Source: Clostridia bacterium (GTDB lineage: Bacteria; Bacillota; Clostridia; Oscillospirales; Acutalibacteraceae). From it: DNA of 64,000 nucleotides. A model generated the notes under the pieces. That model ran no database searches, had not been told where the DNA came from, and saw only the letters and a program-made list of their open reading frames with translations. This document shows, one piece after another, positions 48,203 to 56,984 of the stretch (the stretch's first letter is position 1; the number at the start of each line of letters is the position of its first letter). Position numbers and translations under genes: made by a program. The DNA is taken from positions 22,492 through 86,491 of the forward strand of contig JAFQCT010000020.1 of assembly GCA_017399405.1 (NCBI GenBank), read 5' to 3'.

Positions 48203-50232
48203 TATTCTACACCTCTGTATAATAAACCTCTTGTAAATTCACCTGTAGGCTTTTCTTTATTTTCATAAGCGGTTAAAACTCTTTCAACCTCTTTTGTGGA
48301 TTCAGTAGTGAAATTGAAAAACAGTATATCACATTCGTGGATTTCTTGCAATCTGTCACCCATATAAACAGGGCGAGAGTTAAGAATTTCAGAATACCCG
48401 AAACTGCATTTAACAGGGAATTTTATTCCCATACGGTCAGTAATTTCACTGTTTCGTCTGCAATCTGCACAACTTTTGCCATTCTTAACAGGGCAGTTGC
48501 GTGTAAGCATTAAAGGAATTCTGCCATAAACTGTAATGCCTTTTGGAACAGGGGACGAAATACGATTATACGCTTCAACGGTGCATTCGTTTGAGATAAT
48601 CACTTCGTCAATTCCCAAGTCTTTTGCCATATCCATAGAAAGTGAGTTGAAAATGTTCATTGATGGCGATGCCACAACAGTTTTACCGCATTTTTTCGCT
48701 ATTGCAACTGCATCAAGAGTGTGACAAAGACAAATGTCAGTAGATGAATTTTTAAGCATCTTTTCTACCTTGTCACCATTGCCGAACATTCCGTGTGGCA
48801 GTTCAATTCCGTAACAGAAATCTTTAACTATTTCGTCATCAGTGTTAAGGGGTACAAACACTAAATCTGCATCAATATTTTCAGGGATTTGCCCAATGTT
48901 GTCAAATCTGCAATATACTTTTCTCTCGTTTTTTGAACTGATTTCAGTAGGAATAGGGGAAGCATACAACTTTCTTTCGCTCGTTCCCAAAAACTCATTT
49001 TCAAGGATTTCTAAAGCACTTCTTCGCATATTATTAAGTGCAGAAATGGGTAACGAGTAGTCAACTTCACCTATAATATCAACTTTGCCTGCCTCAAATT
49101 GAGTGCCACCACATTTTTTTAAGGCATCCGCAATTCGTTCAATAGAAATCGGTCTGTTTATAGGTGCTTCGCAAAGATTTTCACTTTTAACTTGGGCGGT
49201 TTTACCGTTGCAACTTGCTTTAAGCACCGCATTTTCACCGATTGCACCACTGAATGTAAAATCAACAACAAATCGTGATTGCTCTTTTTCGTAAATAGAT
49301 GCGTATTTATGTAACAACTCTTTTGTGGCGGATTGCACATTCTCTTTTTCCCGATAACCAAACATATTGCGACCAAGTTTACTTTCAAAATAACCGTCAG
49401 TAAAGCCTGAACGGGAGAAAAGGTCGTGCAAATCTTTTTCGATGTCAAAATTGTACTCGTCATTAACCGCTTTTTTACAAGCAGTAACACAGGCACTTAC
49501 ATATTCAGGGCGTTTCATTCTGCCCTCAATCTTAAATGAGCAAATGCCCATTTCACTTAACTTTTTAATATGAGTGATAAGAGATAAATCTTTAAGACTT
49601 AAATCGTGGCCTGTGCCTTTTTCAACTTTGAATGGTAATCTGCAAGGTTGAGCACAAAGTCCACGGTTACCACTGCGTGAGCCTAACACAGCACTCATAA
49701 GACATTGACCTGAAACGCACATACATAAAGCACCGTGAATAAACATTTCAAGTTCAATGGGGGAGTGCTTGCATAAATACTCAATTTCACTAAAACTTAA
49801 CTCGCGAGGTAAAACTGCACGGGTAAAGCCCATTTCTTTTAATTCATAAAGACCTTGTAAAGTGCCAACGCTCATTTGTGTTGACGCGTGCATTGGTAGG
49901 GTAGGACATATTTCACGAACAGACTTTGCAACACCTAAATCTTGCACAATAACTGCATCTGCACCAAAGTTTGCGATTTTGCGAATTGAATTGTGCAAAG
50001 CATTTATTTCTTGGTCTTTAATAAGGGTGTTAAGCGTAATATGTACCTTAACACCCCTGCTATGACAATATTTAATTGCATTTTCAATTTGCTCGTCAGT
50101 AAAGTTTTGTGCATTTCTTCGTGCGTTGAATTGAGAGAGTCCAAAATACACAGCGTCAGCACCGCTAAGCACCGCTGCTTTTAAGTTTTCTTCACTACCA
50201 ACGGGAGCAAGAATTTCAATTTTATTCATCAT
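48202..50232 (-). CDS. Peptidase U32 family protein
   Basis: The U32 signature region is EMFIHGALCMCVSGQCLMSAVLGSRSGNRGLCAQPCR. The size is 676 aa. Confidence 0.88.
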   Translation of the reverse strand: MMNKIEILAPVGSEENLKAAVLSGADAVYFGLSQFNARRNAQNFTDEQIENAIKYCHSRGVKVHITLNTLIKDQEINALHNSIRKIANFGADAVIVQDLGVAKSVREICPTLPMHASTQMSVGTLQGLYELKEMGFTRAVLPRELSFSEIEYLCKHSPIELEMFIHGALCMCVSGQCLMSAVLGSRSGNRGLCAQPCRLPFKVEKGTGHDLSLKDLSLITHIKKLSEMGICSFKIEGRMKRPEYVSACVTACKKAVNDEYNFDIEKDLHDLFSRSGFTDGYFESKLGRNMFGYREKENVQSATKELLHKYASIYEKEQSRFVVDFTFSGAIGENAVLKASCNGKTAQVKSENLCEAPINRPISIERIADALKKCGGTQFEAGKVDIIGEVDYSLPISALNNMRRSALEILENEFLGTSERKLYASPIPTEISSKNERKVYCRFDNIGQIPENIDADLVFVPLNTDDEIVKDFCYGIELPHGMFGNGDKVEKMLKNSSTDICLCHTLDAVAIAKKCGKTVVASPSMNIFNSLSMDMAKDLGIDEVIISNECTVEAYNRISSPVPKGITVYGRIPLMLTRNCPVKNGKSCADCRRNSEITDRMGIKFPVKCSFGYSEILNSRPVYMGDRLQEIHECDILFFNFTTESTKEVERVLTAYENKEKPTGEFTRGLLYRGVE

Positions 50233-50596
50233 TTTCGTTCTTTACACCTGCAAAAAGGTTGATTTGGTCATTCTTGAATTTTGCTTCTGTCTTGTATCTT
50301 TCAAGTTCACGCTTATAGTAATCTCTTTCAGATTTTGCCTTTGCAGAGTCTTCAAGATAATCTTTCATCTGACCGCGAAGTGTAGCCACTTCTTCTTCAG
50401 CCTTATTAAGTTTGTCAGCATATTCAAGTGCAGTAAGCACTGCCGCCTGAGTTGAATTAAGAAGAAAACCGTGCTGAAGAATAGAAGACATTTTTTCTTG
50501 AATTTCATTTGCAAGTGCTTCTGTATATTCAACACTTTCATCAGTAGTAATGTGATAATTCATACCACAAACTGAAAAACTAACTTTATTATTCAT
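50222..50596 (-). CDS. zapA: Cell division protein ZapA
   Basis: ATG at 50596 is preceded by GGAG. The ZapA-like N-terminal block VSFSVCGMNYHITTDESVEYTEALA is followed by a coiled-coil tail. The track start at 50671 is probably too long. Confidence 0.75.
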   Translation of the reverse strand: MNNKVSFSVCGMNYHITTDESVEYTEALANEIQEKMSSILQHGFLLNSTQAAVLTALEYADKLNKAEEEVATLRGQMKDYLEDSAKAKSERDYYKRELERYKTEAKFKNDQINLFAGVKNENDE

Positions 50597-50671
50597 AACT
50601 TTTTCACACTCCACTATGGGATTATATTGTCCTATTTTTTTAATTGTATCACAAAAAATCAGTATTTTCAA

Positions 50672-50971
50672 CTACTTGTGACGGAACAAGGAGTCAAAAA
50701 CCCCTGTATTATTACATTTTTTGCACTCATTTGGGCAATCAAAATCTACAAGTATAGTATCGTCACCAATCACCTTAATATCATTCCAACAAATTTTTAT
50801 ATCTTCATATCTGCCTAAAAGTCCAAAACACTTTGACCTGCCATAAACGATAATTGAAACAATACACCCCGAACAAGTGTCAAATTCCACATCACAAACC
50901 GTACCAAAACGGCAACCGTCCTTTAGGTTTATAACTTCTTTTTCTCGCATATCTGTAACAAAACAATTCAT
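50672..50971 (-). CDS. YlmC/YmxH family sporulation protein (PRC-barrel)
   Basis: REKEVINLKDGCRFGTVCDVEFD...G.I.SIIV is typical of the family. It lies downstream of sigG. Confidence 0.85.
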   Translation of the reverse strand: MNCFVTDMREKEVINLKDGCRFGTVCDVEFDTCSGCIVSIIVYGRSKCFGLLGRYEDIKICWNDIKVIGDDTILVDFDCPNECKKCNNTGVFDSLFRHK

Positions 50972-51005
50972 AAAAACACCCCGTACTATAATATTTTACG
51001 GGGCG
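50972..51005 (-). terminator. Terminator-like hairpin after sigG that overlaps the ylmC ribosome-binding site
   Basis: On the minus strand the sequence reads CGCCCCGTA-AAATATTATAG-TACGGGGTG-TTTTT-ATG. The 3' arm GGGGTG doubles as the only SD-like sequence for ylmC. Confidence 0.6.
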
Positions 51006-51013
51006 TTTTAATA

Positions 51014-51784
51014 TTACGATTCTTTAATTTTCTTAATTGCACCTTTTTCAAGACGAGAAACCTGTGCCTGACTTATGCCTACTTCTTCTGCAACTTCCAT
51101 TTGAGTTTTACCTTGCATAAAGCGTAAGTTGAGTATCAGTTTTTCACGGTTGCCTAAATTTTTAATTGCCTCTTTTATTGATATTTCGTTAAGCCAGTCC
51201 TCGTCACTTTCGCTACTTCCCACTTGGTCCATAACATAAATTGTGTCACCCCCGTCAGAGTAAACAGGCTCATAAAGTGATATGGGCTCAACTATTGCCT
51301 CTAATGCTAAAACCACATCAACAGGCTCTATTTCCATTTCTTTTGCGATTTCTTCAATTGTGGCATCTCTGCCTGTGTCATTCTGTATTCGCTCTTTAAT
51401 CTGCATAGCGTGGTAGGCGGTATCACGAAGTGACCTGCTTACACGAATAGTGTTGTAATCTCGTAAATATCTACGGATTTCACCAATAATCATAGGCACA
51501 GCATAAGTTGAAAACCGTACATTCTGGGTAATGTCAAAATTGTCAATGGCTTTCATAAGACCAATACACCCCACCTGAAACAAATCGTCAGGATTTTCAC
51601 CGCGATTTGCAAATCTTTGTATTACTGAAAGTACAAGTCGCAAGTTACCCTCAATTAAATCGTGACGGGCTTTTCTGTCACCATCTTCTTTGATTTTTTT
51701 AAGAAGTTCCATTTTCTCCGCTTCTTTAAGCACCTTTAATTTTGTTGTATCAACCCCACAAATTTCAACTCTGCTGTAATGCAA
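51014..51784 (-). CDS. sigG: Sporulation sigma factor SigG
   Basis: There is near-colinear similarity to Bacillus SigG (VEICGVDT.KL.VLK, GNLRLVLSVIQRF.NRGE..DDLFQVGCIGLMK.IDNFD, FSTYAVPMIIGEIRRYLRD, GKTQMEVAEE.GISQAQVSRLEK). The proposed TTG start at 51784 is preceded by GGGAGTG. The track ATG at 51826 adds an implausible hydrophobic leader. Confidence 0.88.
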   Translation of the reverse strand: MHYSRVEICGVDTTKLKVLKEAEKMELLKKIKEDGDRKARHDLIEGNLRLVLSVIQRFANRGENPDDLFQVGCIGLMKAIDNFDITQNVRFSTYAVPMIIGEIRRYLRDYNTIRVSRSLRDTAYHAMQIKERIQNDTGRDATIEEIAKEMEIEPVDVVLALEAIVEPISLYEPVYSDGGDTIYVMDQVGSSESDEDWLNEISIKEAIKNLGNREKLILNLRFMQGKTQMEVAEEVGISQAQVSRLEKGAIKKIKES

Positions 51785-51815
51785 AAAAATCACTCCCGAA
51801 TAAAGTCTCAATAAA

Positions 51816-51843
51816 AGTATTACCAAATACTGAAACTCTAAAC
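51816..51843 (-). promoter_or_regulatory. Candidate forespore (sigma-F/G type) promoter of sigG
   Basis: The minus strand reads GTTTA, a 14-nt spacer, then GGTAATACT. This loosely fits the G(C/T)ATA ... GGnnAnAnT consensus. The match was made by eye only. Confidence 0.25.
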
Positions 51844-51879
51844 GAGAGAATTTATAAAATACAGAATCAAAATTTTGAT

Positions 51880-52060
51880 AAATTGGAGTTTGTCGGGCTC
51901 TTTAATTGCTTCGATTCAACAAACACACCTTGTAGGGGTCATTCACGAATGACCCGTTCCAAAGGTTACAATACAAGTCCAAACGGGCGATTCGTGAATC
52001 GCCCCTACAATGCAGGCGTGGAAGCCTGCCACTACGCGAACATCCCGACAAACTCAATTT
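51880..52060. repeat. MITE-like modular repeat, copy C (TIR + m2 variants + m1, inverted relative to copy A)
   Basis: The ends GAGTTTGTCGGG (51886-51897) and CCCGACAAACTC (52044-52055) are perfect inverted repeats. The right half is the reverse complement of the left half of copy A. It also carries an extra hairpin, GGGGTCATTCACGAATGACCC. Confidence 0.8.
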
Positions 52061-52064
52061 TATC

Positions 52065-53882
52065 TTACTCAACCGTAACACTCTTTGCGAGATTTCGCGG
52101 TTTGTCAACATCAAGTTTTCTTTCAACTGTTGTGTGGTAGGCAAGAAGTTGTAAAGGCACAACTGTAAGTGATGGTGTTAAATATCTTGACGCGTTAGGA
52201 ATATAGATTACTTCATCTGCAACTTGGTCTATACCTTTTGTACCTTCTTTAACAACTGCAATCACGAAAGCTCCGCGTGCGTGAACTTCTTTAATGTTAG
52301 ATACCATTTTACTATAAAGAGCGTCATCAGTAGCAATAGCCACAACAACTGTGCCTTCTTCAATAAGTGAGATTGTACCGTGTTTAAGTTCACCTGCACC
52401 GTAACCCTCACAATGAATGTATGAAATCTCTTTAAGTTTAAGTGACCCCTCAAGGCAAAGTGGGTAGTCAATTCCACGCCCAATAAAGAAAATATGCTCT
52501 TTTGTAGCAATAAGTTTTGCAAGTTTCTCGGTGATTTTATCTGTTTCAAGTGATTTTTTGATTTTTTTAGGAATACATAGAATTTCATCAGTAAATTTCT
52601 TTATATATTCCTCATCAATAAGCCCTTTTTTGTATGCTAAAAAAGATGCAAGAACATAAGAAACACCAAGTTGAGCCGAGAATGCCTTTGTTGTTGCAAC
52701 TGCAATTTCTGCCCCTGCGTTTGTGTAAATTACTCCATCACTTTCGCGGGCAATTGTACTGTAAAGCACATTTACTATTGAAAGTGTGAACGCACCACGC
52801 TTTTTTGCTTCTCGTAAAGATGCAAGTGTGTCAGCAGTTTCACCCGACTGACTTACAAAAATACATAAGTCACCCTTTTCAATAATTGGGTTGCGGTATC
52901 TGAATTCGCTTGCAATATCAACAGCTACGGGAATACGAGCTAAATCCTCAATAATGTATTTAGCAAGAACACCTACATGGTAAGCACTACCGCAAGCAAC
53001 AATATAAATACGCTTTAAGTCATTTATAAAGCTTTCGGGGAACGAGAATGGTAGTTCTATTTTACCGTTTTTTATAAGAGGGGAAACAGTATCGTGAACA
53101 GCTTTTGGTTGCTCGTAGATTTCTTTTGCCATAAAGTAGTCGTATCCGCCTTTTTCAGCAGACTCAATACTCATATTTATTGTTTTAATTTCGCAAGGCT
53201 TTTCACTACCGTTTTTATCATAAACCTTGATTTCATCTTTAGAAATCTCAATAATTTCATTGTCATTTACAATATAGCAATCTCTTGTGTAGGGTAGAAT
53301 GGCAGGAATATCAGATGCAAGATAGTTCTCGTTTTTACCTTTGCCCACGATTAAAGGACTATCCTTTTTCATGGCAAAAACTTTGTCCTCATAACCTTTT
53401 ACAAGCATAGCAACCGCATAAGAACCCTCTAATTTATGGGCAGTTTTAATGAGAGTGTTAATAGCGTCACCGTCAAAAAGACTGTCATATAACTGTGCAA
53501 TAACTTCCGTATCCGTTTGCGATTTGAATTCATAACCTTTACTAATCAAATCATTTTTCAAGTCAATATAGTTTTCAATAATACCGTTATGCACAAGGGT
53601 AACAACGCCATTCATAGATTTGTGTGGGTGAGCATTTGTTTTGTCAGGTACACCGTGGGTTGCCCAACGGGTGTGACCAATACCAACTGTGCCTTGCGGT
53701 TTTTCTTTCTCAACTTCTGTCTGCAAATTTTGTATTCTGCCTTTTTCTTTGATTACCGTAACATCATTGTCACTTACCGCAATACCTGCCGAGTCATATC
53801 CGCGGTATTCAAGTCTGCGTAACCCCTCAATAAGAATAGGTGCTGCTTTTTCTTCGCCTACAAAACCAACTATTCCGCACAT
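52065..53882 (-). CDS. glmS: Glutamine-fructose-6-phosphate aminotransferase
   Basis: The N-terminus is MCGIVGF (Ntn amidotransferase). Two SIS domains follow, and the C-terminus is ...LAKSVTVE. Confidence 0.95.
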   Translation of the reverse strand: MCGIVGFVGEEKAAPILIEGLRRLEYRGYDSAGIAVSDNDVTVIKEKGRIQNLQTEVEKEKPQGTVGIGHTRWATHGVPDKTNAHPHKSMNGVVTLVHNGIIENYIDLKNDLISKGYEFKSQTDTEVIAQLYDSLFDGDAINTLIKTAHKLEGSYAVAMLVKGYEDKVFAMKKDSPLIVGKGKNENYLASDIPAILPYTRDCYIVNDNEIIEISKDEIKVYDKNGSEKPCEIKTINMSIESAEKGGYDYFMAKEIYEQPKAVHDTVSPLIKNGKIELPFSFPESFINDLKRIYIVACGSAYHVGVLAKYIIEDLARIPVAVDIASEFRYRNPIIEKGDLCIFVSQSGETADTLASLREAKKRGAFTLSIVNVLYSTIARESDGVIYTNAGAEIAVATTKAFSAQLGVSYVLASFLAYKKGLIDEEYIKKFTDEILCIPKKIKKSLETDKITEKLAKLIATKEHIFFIGRGIDYPLCLEGSLKLKEISYIHCEGYGAGELKHGTISLIEEGTVVVAIATDDALYSKMVSNIKEVHARGAFVIAVVKEGTKGIDQVADEVIYIPNASRYLTPSLTVVPLQLLAYHTTVERKLDVDKPRNLAKSVTVE

Positions 53883-53949
53883 AAATCTGTCTCCTTTAAG
53901 TATTATTTCTTTTATTTATGTCAACAATAAATTAAAAGGAAGTGAAAAA

Positions 53950-54771
53950 ATGAAATATTCATACATTAAACTGAATGCACAGAGAAAACTACTACAAAAT
54001 CATTTCACTTGTTTTTGTGTTTCGGCTTTACCTTATGTAATTAGTGTTTTGCTGATAGTTTTGAATTATTATTTGTATATTTTTCTAAAAAATATAGATC
54101 TTGATTTTATCCCCTTTATTTCATCTTATGATGTGTTTGTGAAAGCGTCACTTTTCACTTTAAGTGTGTGCGTTTCTTTTGTTTTATGGAAAATATCGCA
54201 GATTTATTCCCATAAGTATTTCTTTTCGCAAATGAATAAAAAATATATAAAACTGTATTTTCGTCAATATATAACTGCAATTACAGTATCAATCCTCAAA
54301 TTTTTTCTGTCAGTTGCTTGGAGTTCATTTTATTTGTTACCCTGTGCAATAACTACTGCTACTCTTTATTACGCTATACATTCAGGTAACTACACATTTA
54401 GCGTGATGCTAACTCTTTTTGTAGCATCTTTAATACTTTTTATAATTGGAATAAGTTTTATTTATGTGACACTTAAAAGATATTCAATGTGCAACTTTGT
54501 GATTTTTACAGAAACTAATATTGATGCCATAAAAGTAATTGAAAAAAGCATAATCCTTATTGAAAACAATATGGTAAGATTTGCATTTTTCAACTTGTCT
54601 TTTGTTGGTTGGATTTTATCTTGTGTGCTTGTAATTCCCGTGTTTTATGTATTACCGTATATGAAAATGGCAAAATATAGTTTTTACAGGGCAATTACAA
54701 AACCGCAGGAAAAAGAAACTGAAACTCAAAAGCCAATTATTTTCTATTTTCCGCAAAAAGAAAAGGCCTAA
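53950..54771 (+). CDS. Multi-pass membrane protein, function unknown
   Basis: ATG at 53950 is preceded by AAGGAAG. The 5' part of the track ORF (53689-53949) lies antisense inside glmS and is rejected. Several hydrophobic helices are present. Confidence 0.55.
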   Translation: MKYSYIKLNAQRKLLQNHFTCFCVSALPYVISVLLIVLNYYLYIFLKNIDLDFIPFISSYDVFVKASLFTLSVCVSFVLWKISQIYSHKYFFSQMNKKYIKLYFRQYITAITVSILKFFLSVAWSSFYLLPCAITTATLYYAIHSGNYTFSVMLTLFVASLILFIIGISFIYVTLKRYSMCNFVIFTETNIDAIKVIEKSIILIENNMVRFAFFNLSFVGWILSCVLVIPVFYVLPYMKMAKYSFYRAITKPQEKETETQKPIIFYFPQKEKA

Positions 54772-54797
54772 CAGACTTAACTGTTAGACCTTATTTT
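54765..54797. terminator. Bidirectional terminator-like hairpin
   Basis: GGCCTAACAG-ACTTAA-CTGTTAGACC (9 of 10 bp) followed by TTATTTT. It lies between convergent genes. Confidence 0.55.
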
Positions 54798-54809
54798 GTT
54801 TATATTGGA

Positions 54810-55382
54810 TTAAAGAATTACACCCATTGTACCAGGTTTGCAAAGTGCTGCATTTGATTCGTCAGTATCAATGTGCATAGCAAGTGCAAAGTTAGGATTT
54901 ACTCTTACCACAACATCACCGAATGTAAGAGTTCTGTCGTCAGATGTAACTTTAACTTCAACAATCTGCTTGTCAACGAGACCATATTTTTCAGCATCGT
55001 CAGGAGTCATATGGATATGACGCTTTGCAACGATAACACCGTTTTCAATTTCAATTTCGCCTTTAGGACCAACGATTTTGCAACCAGGAGTGTTTGCAAT
55101 GTCGCCTGATTCTCTAACAACTGCCTGGACACCGATTGAACGAGCATCAGAAGCAGAAATTTCAACCTGAGTAGCAGGTCTTACAGGACCAAGAATTGAA
55201 ACGCCAGGGAACTGACCTTTAGGGCCAATAACTGCAATTCTTTCTTCACAAGCATACTGACCAGGCTGAGAAAGGTCCTTTTTCTTTGTAAGTTCATAAC
55301 CTTCGCCGAAAAGGATTTCAAGGTGTTCTTGTGAGATGTGAGCGTGTCTTGCACTTGTTTCAACTAAAACTGTTTTTTCCAT
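54810..55382 (-). CDS. pduL: Phosphate propanoyl/acetyl-transferase PduL
   Basis: It has the duplicated PduL fold with SARHAHIS...LGP.R...QVEIS.SDA and a second half with RHIHMTPDDA. Confidence 0.85.
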   Translation of the reverse strand: MEKTVLVETSARHAHISQEHLEILFGEGYELTKKKDLSQPGQYACEERIAVIGPKGQFPGVSILGPVRPATQVEISASDARSIGVQAVVRESGDIANTPGCKIVGPKGEIEIENGVIVAKRHIHMTPDDAEKYGLVDKQIVEVKVTSDDRTLTFGDVVVRVNPNFALAMHIDTDESNAALCKPGTMGVIL

Positions 55383-55474
55383 ATATCATTCTTCTTTCTA
55401 TAAAATTTTACAAATTTTGCTACTAATATAATAGTCCTTTTTAATTCATTTGTAAAGTGTAAAAGTGTATAAGT

Positions 55475-56140
55475 TTATAATAATTCTTCAAAAGATTTTA
55501 TGTAATAATCTGCAATTTTACGAATTTCATCTTCGTCTTTTGCAGAACTTTTGTCATATACTCCACAAGTTGTAAATCCGCCTTTTTTAGCACCGCGTAT
55601 TCCCTCAATAATATCTTCAAATACTATGCAATCGTGAGGCTCTACACCAATTCGTTCACTTGCAAGTAAATAAATATCAGGTTCAGTTTTGCCAATGTTG
55701 ATTTCACTTACATAAGCATAGCTTGAGAAAAAGTCGAAAATCCCTTGTTTTTTAAGAGTTTCTTCGCAAACTACTTTCTCACTTGCAGTTGCAAAAGCCA
55801 TTTTAATGCCTTTCTCGTGAAGCAATTTAAGATATTCATAAACCCCGTCTTTCAAATCTACATTGTTAAGGTATCCTTGTGCACAAAGGTCTAACCACTC
55901 GTCAACAATTTCATCTACACTTTCCTGAATGTTATATTTTTCTTTTGTGTAAACTGCCGCAGCAGGTAAGTGCATATTCTTGATTATATCAACATATTCT
56001 TTTGTTACTTTTAGATTTCTTCTTCTGAAAAACTCTTCGTCAACATCGTGCCAGATGTGCATTGAGTCAAGAAGTGTGCCATCTAAATCAAAAATCGCAC
56101 CTTTGAATTTTGTAATGTCCATTTTATTCACCAAATACAT
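55475..56140 (-). CDS. HAD-IA family hydrolase (beta-phosphoglucomutase/phosphatase-like)
   Basis: The HAD motifs are IFDLDGTLLDS, ATAS and FEDIIEGIRGAKKGG. The start may be the internal ATG at 56122. Confidence 0.8.
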   Translation of the reverse strand: MYLVNKMDITKFKGAIFDLDGTLLDSMHIWHDVDEEFFRRRNLKVTKEYVDIIKNMHLPAAAVYTKEKYNIQESVDEIVDEWLDLCAQGYLNNVDLKDGVYEYLKLLHEKGIKMAFATASEKVVCEETLKKQGIFDFFSSYAYVSEINIGKTEPDIYLLASERIGVEPHDCIVFEDIIEGIRGAKKGGFTTCGVYDKSSAKDEDEIRKIADYYIKSFEELL

Positions 56141-56984
56141 ATTTGTTTATTGCTTTTGCAACACCAAAGTTATCATTTGTGTCAGTTACATATTTTGCAG
56201 TGCTTTTGGCAAGGTCGTTACCGTTTGCCATTGCGAATGAGTAATCAGCATACATAAGCATTGAGCAGTCATTTTCGCCGTCACCAAAACACATAATATT
56301 TTCTTTGCCAATACCGAGAGCGTCTGCCAAACCTTTAATTGCAAATCCTTTTGTAGCGTTTCTGTCAGTCATTTCAAGATTACCGTTTACGCCTTTAACA
56401 ATAGGGAATGAAGATGCAAATGCAACATCACAAATCTTACTAACTTTATCTTCAATTTCAAGTCTTTCTTCTCCTGATAGTGACAGAATGTTAAGTTTTT
56501 CAATACCTTGTCCGTCAATAAGAGTTTCAAGTGAAGAAACAGGTTTTATAAAATCTTTAAGTAAAGCGTGAATGTGAGGGGATACATGTTCTGTGTCAAA
56601 CATAGCGTAACTTCTATCATTCATATAACAGTCACCGTTATAATAGATTTCATAAATTAAGTTGTAATCTTTCAAAATATTAAAAATCTCAACAGATTGA
56701 GTATTGCTCATAAGGGTTGAACAAACAACTTTTCCCGTATGTAAATCATAAGTAACAGCACCGTTAGAGGTAATAAGATAATCTAAAAAGGGGAGTTGCT
56801 CTACAAGGTAATCTGTAAGGATTTTTGTTCTGCCACTTGCAATTGCAACTTTTATGCCCATTTCGTGTGCACGCTTGAATGCCTCAATATTTTCTTTAGG
56901 AATTGTTATGTGATTTGTGTTAAGAAAAGTACCGTCAAGGTCAGTAACAATAAGTTTAATAGCCATAAATTCACCTATATACAA
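56124..56984 (-). CDS. Cof-type HAD-IIB hydrolase
   Basis: The motifs are LIVTDLDGTFL, ASGR and FGDGENDCSML. The start may be the internal ATG at 56966. Confidence 0.85.
   Translation of the reverse strand: MYIGEFMAIKLIVTDLDGTFLNTNHITIPKENIEAFKRAHEMGIKVAIASGRTKILTDYLVEQLPFLDYLITSNGAVTYDLHTGKVVCSTLMSNTQSVEIFNILKDYNLIYEIYYNGDCYMNDRSYAMFDTEHVSPHIHALLKDFIKPVSSLETLIDGQGIEKLNILSLSGEERLEIEDKVSKICDVAFASSFPIVKGVNGNLEMTDRNATKGFAIKGLADALGIGKENIMCFGDGENDCSMLMYADYSFAMANGNDLAKSTAKYVTDTNDNFGVAKAINKYVFGE

Noticed and set aside
53689-53949. The 5' extension of ORF 53689-54771 (87 codons).
   Set aside because: It lies antisense within the glmS coding region. A good SD + ATG occurs at 53950, in the intergenic space.
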